Positions 17,628 through 21,274 of a stretch of DNA of 21,274 nt are shown one piece after another (position 1 is the first letter of the stretch; the number at the start of each line of letters is the position of its first letter). The notes beneath the pieces were generated by a model. That model ran no database searches. It was not told where the DNA came from and was given only the letters and a program-made list of their open reading frames with translations. This stretch comes from Candidatus Oleincola secundus (lineage in GTDB: Bacteria > Atribacterota > Phoenicimicrobiia > Phoenicimicrobiales > Stramentimicrobiaceae): contig JAGYLS010000027.1 of the NCBI GenBank assembly GCA_018400815.1, positions 1-21,274 on the forward strand, read 5' to 3'. Both the position numbers and the translations under genes were made by a program.

Positions 17628-17678
17628 TTTTATTTAACCATTACCACCTTTAAAGAAGGTGGTAATGGTTAAATAAAA
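17628..17678. repeat. Perfect 23-bp inverted repeat (REP-like palindrome or terminator-like hairpin)
   Basis: TTTTATTTAACCATTACCACCTT-TAAAG-AAGGTGGTAATGGTTAAATAAAA, located between the LCP gene and rsfS. Confidence 0.9.
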
Positions 17679-17770
17679 ATAATTAAAATAGGGGAAAGTA
17701 TTTCAGATGATATTTACCCATGAAGATTAAGTTTAAATGATATTTAGAATTTATAGAAGGAGCGGTATGT

Positions 17771-18118
17771 TTGAATAATAATACAAAAGATATCTCAATC
17801 TTTTTTGCCAAAGAATTAGACGAGAAAAAAGCTAAAGATACTATTATTTTGGATATCAAAAAGATTTCATTTATTGCTGATTATTTTATAATTTCCACTG
17901 CACAATCTCCTACCCATCTCAAAGCACTTTCTAAAAATATTATTGAAAAATTAAAAGAAAAAAATATAAACAGAAATATAAAATGCGAAGGGAATCCCCA
18001 AACAGGATGGGTATTACTTGATTGTGGTGATATTGTGATTCATTTATTCTCTGGAGAAAAAAGAGATTTTTATCATTTGGAATATATTTGGCAAGAAGCA
18101 AAAAAAGTTTCATTTTAA
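17771..18118 (+). CDS. rsfS: Ribosome silencing factor
   Basis: EKKAKD...ADYFII, EG...WVLLDCGDIVIHLF...RDFYHLE.IW; TTG start with AAGGAG; conserved nadD-yqeK-rsfS context. Confidence 0.93.
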   Translation: MNNNTKDISIFFAKELDEKKAKDTIILDIKKISFIADYFIISTAQSPTHLKALSKNIIEKLKEKNINRNIKCEGNPQTGWVLLDCGDIVIHLFSGEKRDFYHLEYIWQEAKKVSF

Positions 18119-18188
18119 TTTTTTATAGTATGAATATAAAATTGATAAAAAATGGTTTGAACCATAAAAATTATGGAGGGAATAAGTT

Positions 18189-18590
18189 ATGAATGTTGTT
18201 AGTAGAAAATCTGGTCAATGGTTTTTTGGATTAATTATTCTCATTATTGGTATTATATTTTTACTGGAAAATATATTTGGAATTGAGATATGGGAAAGTA
18301 CATGGCTTTTTTGGCCTATTATCTTTATCCTGTGGGGATTAGTTGAATTGCTTCAAAAAAAATCTATCTTTTTTGGTATTATCTTGCTGGTAATTGGGGT
18401 AATTTTTCTGGCAAAAAATTTTGAACTTTACCAAATATCTGAATCAGTATGGAAATTCTGGCCTGTTATTATTATTGCTATTGGGGTTGACCAACTCTTT
18501 AGAGGGCAAAATGCAATTCCAGCAAATAGAAGTGCAAAAATTAAAAAAGGAAGGAAAGAAGTGGTTACTCAGGAGGATGAGATTATCTAA
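18189..18590 (+). CDS. LiaF-like/DUF5668-type small membrane protein with two internal repeats
   Basis: Two repeats of FFG.I...IG.IFL..N......ES.W.FWP.I.I..G...L; RBS GGAGG. Confidence 0.7.
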   Translation: MNVVSRKSGQWFFGLIILIIGIIFLLENIFGIEIWESTWLFWPIIFILWGLVELLQKKSIFFGIILLVIGVIFLAKNFELYQISESVWKFWPVIIIAIGVDQLFRGQNAIPANRSAKIKKGRKEVVTQEDEII

Positions 18591-18619
18591 TTGATTTAAC
18601 CATTAATTTGCGGAATAGT

Positions 18620-19303
18620 ATGATTGGAACAATTGTGAACAGCCTGGCTATTGTTTTTGGTTGTATTATAGGATTGATCTTGAAAGATCATTTTCCTAAA
18701 AGAGTTAGTGTTATTCTTTTTCAGGGTATAGGGTTAACTACTTTGATGATAGGAATCCAGATGGCAATACAGGGGACTGAAGTTTTATTGATTATTCTAT
18801 CAATGGTTATTGGTGGGATGATCGGAGAAATAATAGATATTGAGAAGAGACTAGACCATCTAGGTAACAGAATTAAAAAACTTTTCAATAAACAGGAAGG
18901 AAAAGAGAGATTTACAGAAGGTTTTATTGCTGCTAGTTTGCTTTATTGCGTGGGTTCTATGGCAGTGATGGGAGCTATCGAGGAGGGCATAAATGGTAAT
19001 CCGGATATTTTATTAGCAAAATCTGCCTTGGATGGTATTTCATCAATTATTTTTAGTTCATCATTGGGTGTTGGGGTTTTATTTTCTGCTATCCCGGTTT
19101 TCTTATATCAAGGGACTATTACCCAAATCGCACACTTAGCTAAAAACTTGATTACTAATGATATGATAAATGAAATGACTGCTGTAGGTGGTATATTGAT
19201 TATCGGACTAGCCTTGGGAATACTGGAGATAAAAAAAATAAAAGTGGCAAATTTATTACCATCCTTATTGATTATTCTTATTTTTACAGCGATAAGGATT
19301 TAG
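18620..19303 (+). CDS. DUF554 family membrane protein
   Basis: MIGTIVN, GFIAASLLYCVGSMAVMGAI.EG, LAKSALDG, YQG.IT, IKVANLLP. Start set at ATG 18620 (ORF track starts at 18608). Confidence 0.88.
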   Translation: MIGTIVNSLAIVFGCIIGLILKDHFPKRVSVILFQGIGLTTLMIGIQMAIQGTEVLLIILSMVIGGMIGEIIDIEKRLDHLGNRIKKLFNKQEGKERFTEGFIAASLLYCVGSMAVMGAIEEGINGNPDILLAKSALDGISSIIFSSSLGVGVLFSAIPVFLYQGTITQIAHLAKNLITNDMINEMTAVGGILIIGLALGILEIKKIKVANLLPSLLIILIFTAIRI

Positions 19304-19407
19304 CCTGTAACATTTATATCATTATCATTGAAAAATATATGTAATTAAAAAAGCACAATATAAAAAATAAATTAAAAACAAAGAAATATTATGAAGGAGA
19401 AACAGAA

Positions 19408-20616
19408 ATGGCAAAATATGAAACATTGTCCTGCTTGAGAGATATAAGGGCTAAAGAACTTGAAAACAAGAAAGTTTTGGTTAGAGTCGATTTCAATGTT
19501 CCACTAGATGATAATTTACAAGTAAGGGATGATACCAGAATTGTTGCGGCACTAGATACAATAAAATACCTATTATCTTCGAATTGTACCATAATCCTTA
19601 TGAGCCATTTAGGAAGACCAAAAGGGGAAATAGTTGACAAGCTGAGGTTAGATCCTGTTGCAAGATATTTAGAAAAATTATTACAGATAAAGATAACAAA
19701 ACTCAACGATTGCGTAGGAGAGGCAGTAGAAAAGACTGTATCGGAATCTAAGCCCGGAGAGGTTATCTTATTAGAAAATTTACGATTTCATGAAGAAGAA
19801 GAAAAAAATAATATTGATTTTGCAAAAAAAATTGCTGCATTAGCAGATATTTATATAAATGATGCATTTGGAGCAGCCCATAGGGCACATGCATCTACGG
19901 CTGGGGTTACTGAATATTTACCATCATATGCCGGTTTGCTAATTGAAAAAGAAGTAAATTCTCTTGATAAATTGCTTCTAGATCCTGAAAAACCATTTAT
20001 ATCCATAATTGGAGGTGCAAAGGTATCAGGGAAAATAGAAGTATTAGAAAAGTTAGTAAAAATTTGTGATGTATTATTGATTGGTGGAGGAATGGCTTAT
20101 ACTTTTTTAGCAGCAAAGGGATATGAGGTAGGCAAGTCAATTTTAGAAAAAGATTATATTGAATATGTAAAAAAGATAAACAATGAAGCTGAAGCGAAAA
20201 ACAAAGAAGTTGTAATACCAGTGGATTCTCTTGTAGCCAAAGAATTTAAAGAAGACGCTGAGAGTTTTAATGTACCTGTTGAACAAATTGAACCAGACAT
20301 GATAGGGATGGATATTGGAGAAAATACTATTAACTTGTTTAAAGAAAAAATATCTAATGCCAAGACTATTTTTTGGAATGGCCCGTTAGGGGTATTTGAG
20401 ATGGAAAAATTTTCGCGGGGCACCAACCAAATTGCCCAAAAAATTGCTGATTTAGGCAATAAAAGTTTCTCCGTTGTAGGGGGAGGAGACTCTATAGCTG
20501 CTATTAACAAATTTGGTTTGGCTGATAGAATCTCTCATATATCTACTGGTGGAGGAGCTTCTTTGGAGTATCTGGGAGGTAAAAAACTTCCTGGTTTGGA
20601 AGCACTTAAGAAATAG
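19408..20616 (+). CDS. pgk: Phosphoglycerate kinase
   Basis: RVDFNVP, SHLGRP, LLENLRF, NDAFGAAHRAHAS, GGAKVS.K, WNGPLGVFE, GGGDS, ISTGGGASLE. Confidence 0.98.
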   Translation: MAKYETLSCLRDIRAKELENKKVLVRVDFNVPLDDNLQVRDDTRIVAALDTIKYLLSSNCTIILMSHLGRPKGEIVDKLRLDPVARYLEKLLQIKITKLNDCVGEAVEKTVSESKPGEVILLENLRFHEEEEKNNIDFAKKIAALADIYINDAFGAAHRAHASTAGVTEYLPSYAGLLIEKEVNSLDKLLLDPEKPFISIIGGAKVSGKIEVLEKLVKICDVLLIGGGMAYTFLAAKGYEVGKSILEKDYIEYVKKINNEAEAKNKEVVIPVDSLVAKEFKEDAESFNVPVEQIEPDMIGMDIGENTINLFKEKISNAKTIFWNGPLGVFEMEKFSRGTNQIAQKIADLGNKSFSVVGGGDSIAAINKFGLADRISHISTGGGASLEYLGGKKLPGLEALKK

Positions 20617-20718
20617 CCTTGGAAATCGATTATTCCGTTCAGGATTAACATATATAGTATTTAGCAAGAAAAAATATTTTACAATTTAAAATATATATAT
20701 AGGAAAAAAAGATGAAAA

Positions 20719-20753
20719 GATATTAGGGCAGACATTTTGTCTGCCCTAATATC
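20719..20753. terminator. Perfect 16-bp stem hairpin downstream of pgk, probably a terminator
   Basis: GATATTAGGGCAGACA-TTT-TGTCTGCCCTAATATC. There is no strong U-tract on the + strand and only a 4-U tract on the - strand. Confidence 0.6.
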
Positions 20754-20898
20754 ATATATAAGTAAAAATTAAAAAATCATATGTTAATAGCTTTATTGTT
20801 TCAATATTTTAATAATACTGCAATAGTTACTCAATTAATACCTTAAAAATCACTCCTAAGCTTTAATTATTTTAATATGGGATAATACAGTTAGTATG

Positions 20899-20926
20899 TT
20901 GACAAAAAATAATAATATTGTATAAT
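20899..20926 (+). promoter_or_regulatory. Sigma70/SigA consensus promoter
   Basis: TTGACA (20899-20904), 16-bp spacer, TATAAT (20921-20926). Confidence 0.85.
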
Positions 20927-20930
20927 TTAG

Positions 20931-20947
20931 ATACCCTAGGGGGGTAT
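20931..20947. promoter_or_regulatory. CsoR-family operator
   Basis: ATACCC-TAGGG-GGGTAT pseudo-palindrome with a G-tract, overlapping the expected transcription start just upstream of a CsoR-family gene. Close to the Bacillus subtilis CsoR operator as I recall it (ATACCCTACGGGGGTAT). Confidence 0.85.
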
Positions 20948-20955
20948 ATTATTTT

Positions 20956-21240
20956 ATGTCAAAAAAAGAAAGAATTGATGAAATTAACAAAATAAAAATA
21001 TTGCAGCGCTTAAAGAGGATAGAAGGTCAAATTAGGGGCATTCAAGGAATGATTCTTGACAACCGCTCCTGTGAGGAGATTTTGATGCAAGTTTCGGCAG
21101 TTAAGTCTGCCTTGCATAGGATTAACAAATTGATTCTAGAGGAAAAAGTGAACTCATATTTTAATTGTACAGAAGAAATATTTTTACCGCAAAGTGCACT
21201 TGATGAAATTATTGAACTTATTAATAGATTTTTAAGATAA
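20956..21240 (+). CDS. CsoR/RcnR-family metal- or sulfur-sensitive transcriptional repressor with an atypical ligand set
   Basis: RLKRIEGQIRGIQGMI...CEEILMQVSAVKSAL signature. Confidence 0.9.
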   Translation: MSKKERIDEINKIKILQRLKRIEGQIRGIQGMILDNRSCEEILMQVSAVKSALHRINKLILEEKVNSYFNCTEEIFLPQSALDEIIELINRFLR

Positions 21241-21274
21241 ATTGACATATTTTGATTTTATTTAACCATAAAAA

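Noticed and set aside
846..21248. All minus-strand ORFs in the track (e.g. 881-1150, 9086-9538, 20154-20510, 21042-21248)
   Set aside because: They are antisense shadows of well-supported + strand genes and have no recognisable motifs.
1..21274. tRNA, rRNA or known riboswitch
   Set aside because: No cloverleaf, rRNA-like segment or recognisable riboswitch core was seen. An Infernal/Rfam scan would be needed to exclude them formally.

Overview
A low-GC, AT-rich bacterial chromosomal segment in which every credible gene lies on the + strand. Gene order: exbB/tolQ-like, exbD-like, a TonB-like membrane anchor and Pro/Glu linker fused to DUF3048, a repeat-rich region with two long direct repeats (about 390 and 330 bp) around a heavily frameshifted xerD, punA (5' frameshift), a COG2426 membrane protein, mtnA, murA, mreB/mbl, a SpoIVB-like S55 peptidase, ispD-ispE-ispF, DUF1844, a TPR protein, nadD-yqeK-LCP-rsfS, a LiaF-like membrane protein, DUF554, pgk, and a CsoR/RcnR-family repressor with a consensus promoter and operator. 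Firmicutes-like synteny combined with ExbBD suggests a diderm lineage such as Atribacterota, but this is a weak inference. The most notable observations are: (1) an ExbBD motor paired with a TonB-like transducer whose output domain is DUF3048; (2) modular heptamer/octamer direct repeats bracketing xerD; (3) a CsoR-type repressor lacking the canonical Cu ligands; (4) a small dispersed palindromic element family. All product calls come from motif recognition by eye; no searches were run.
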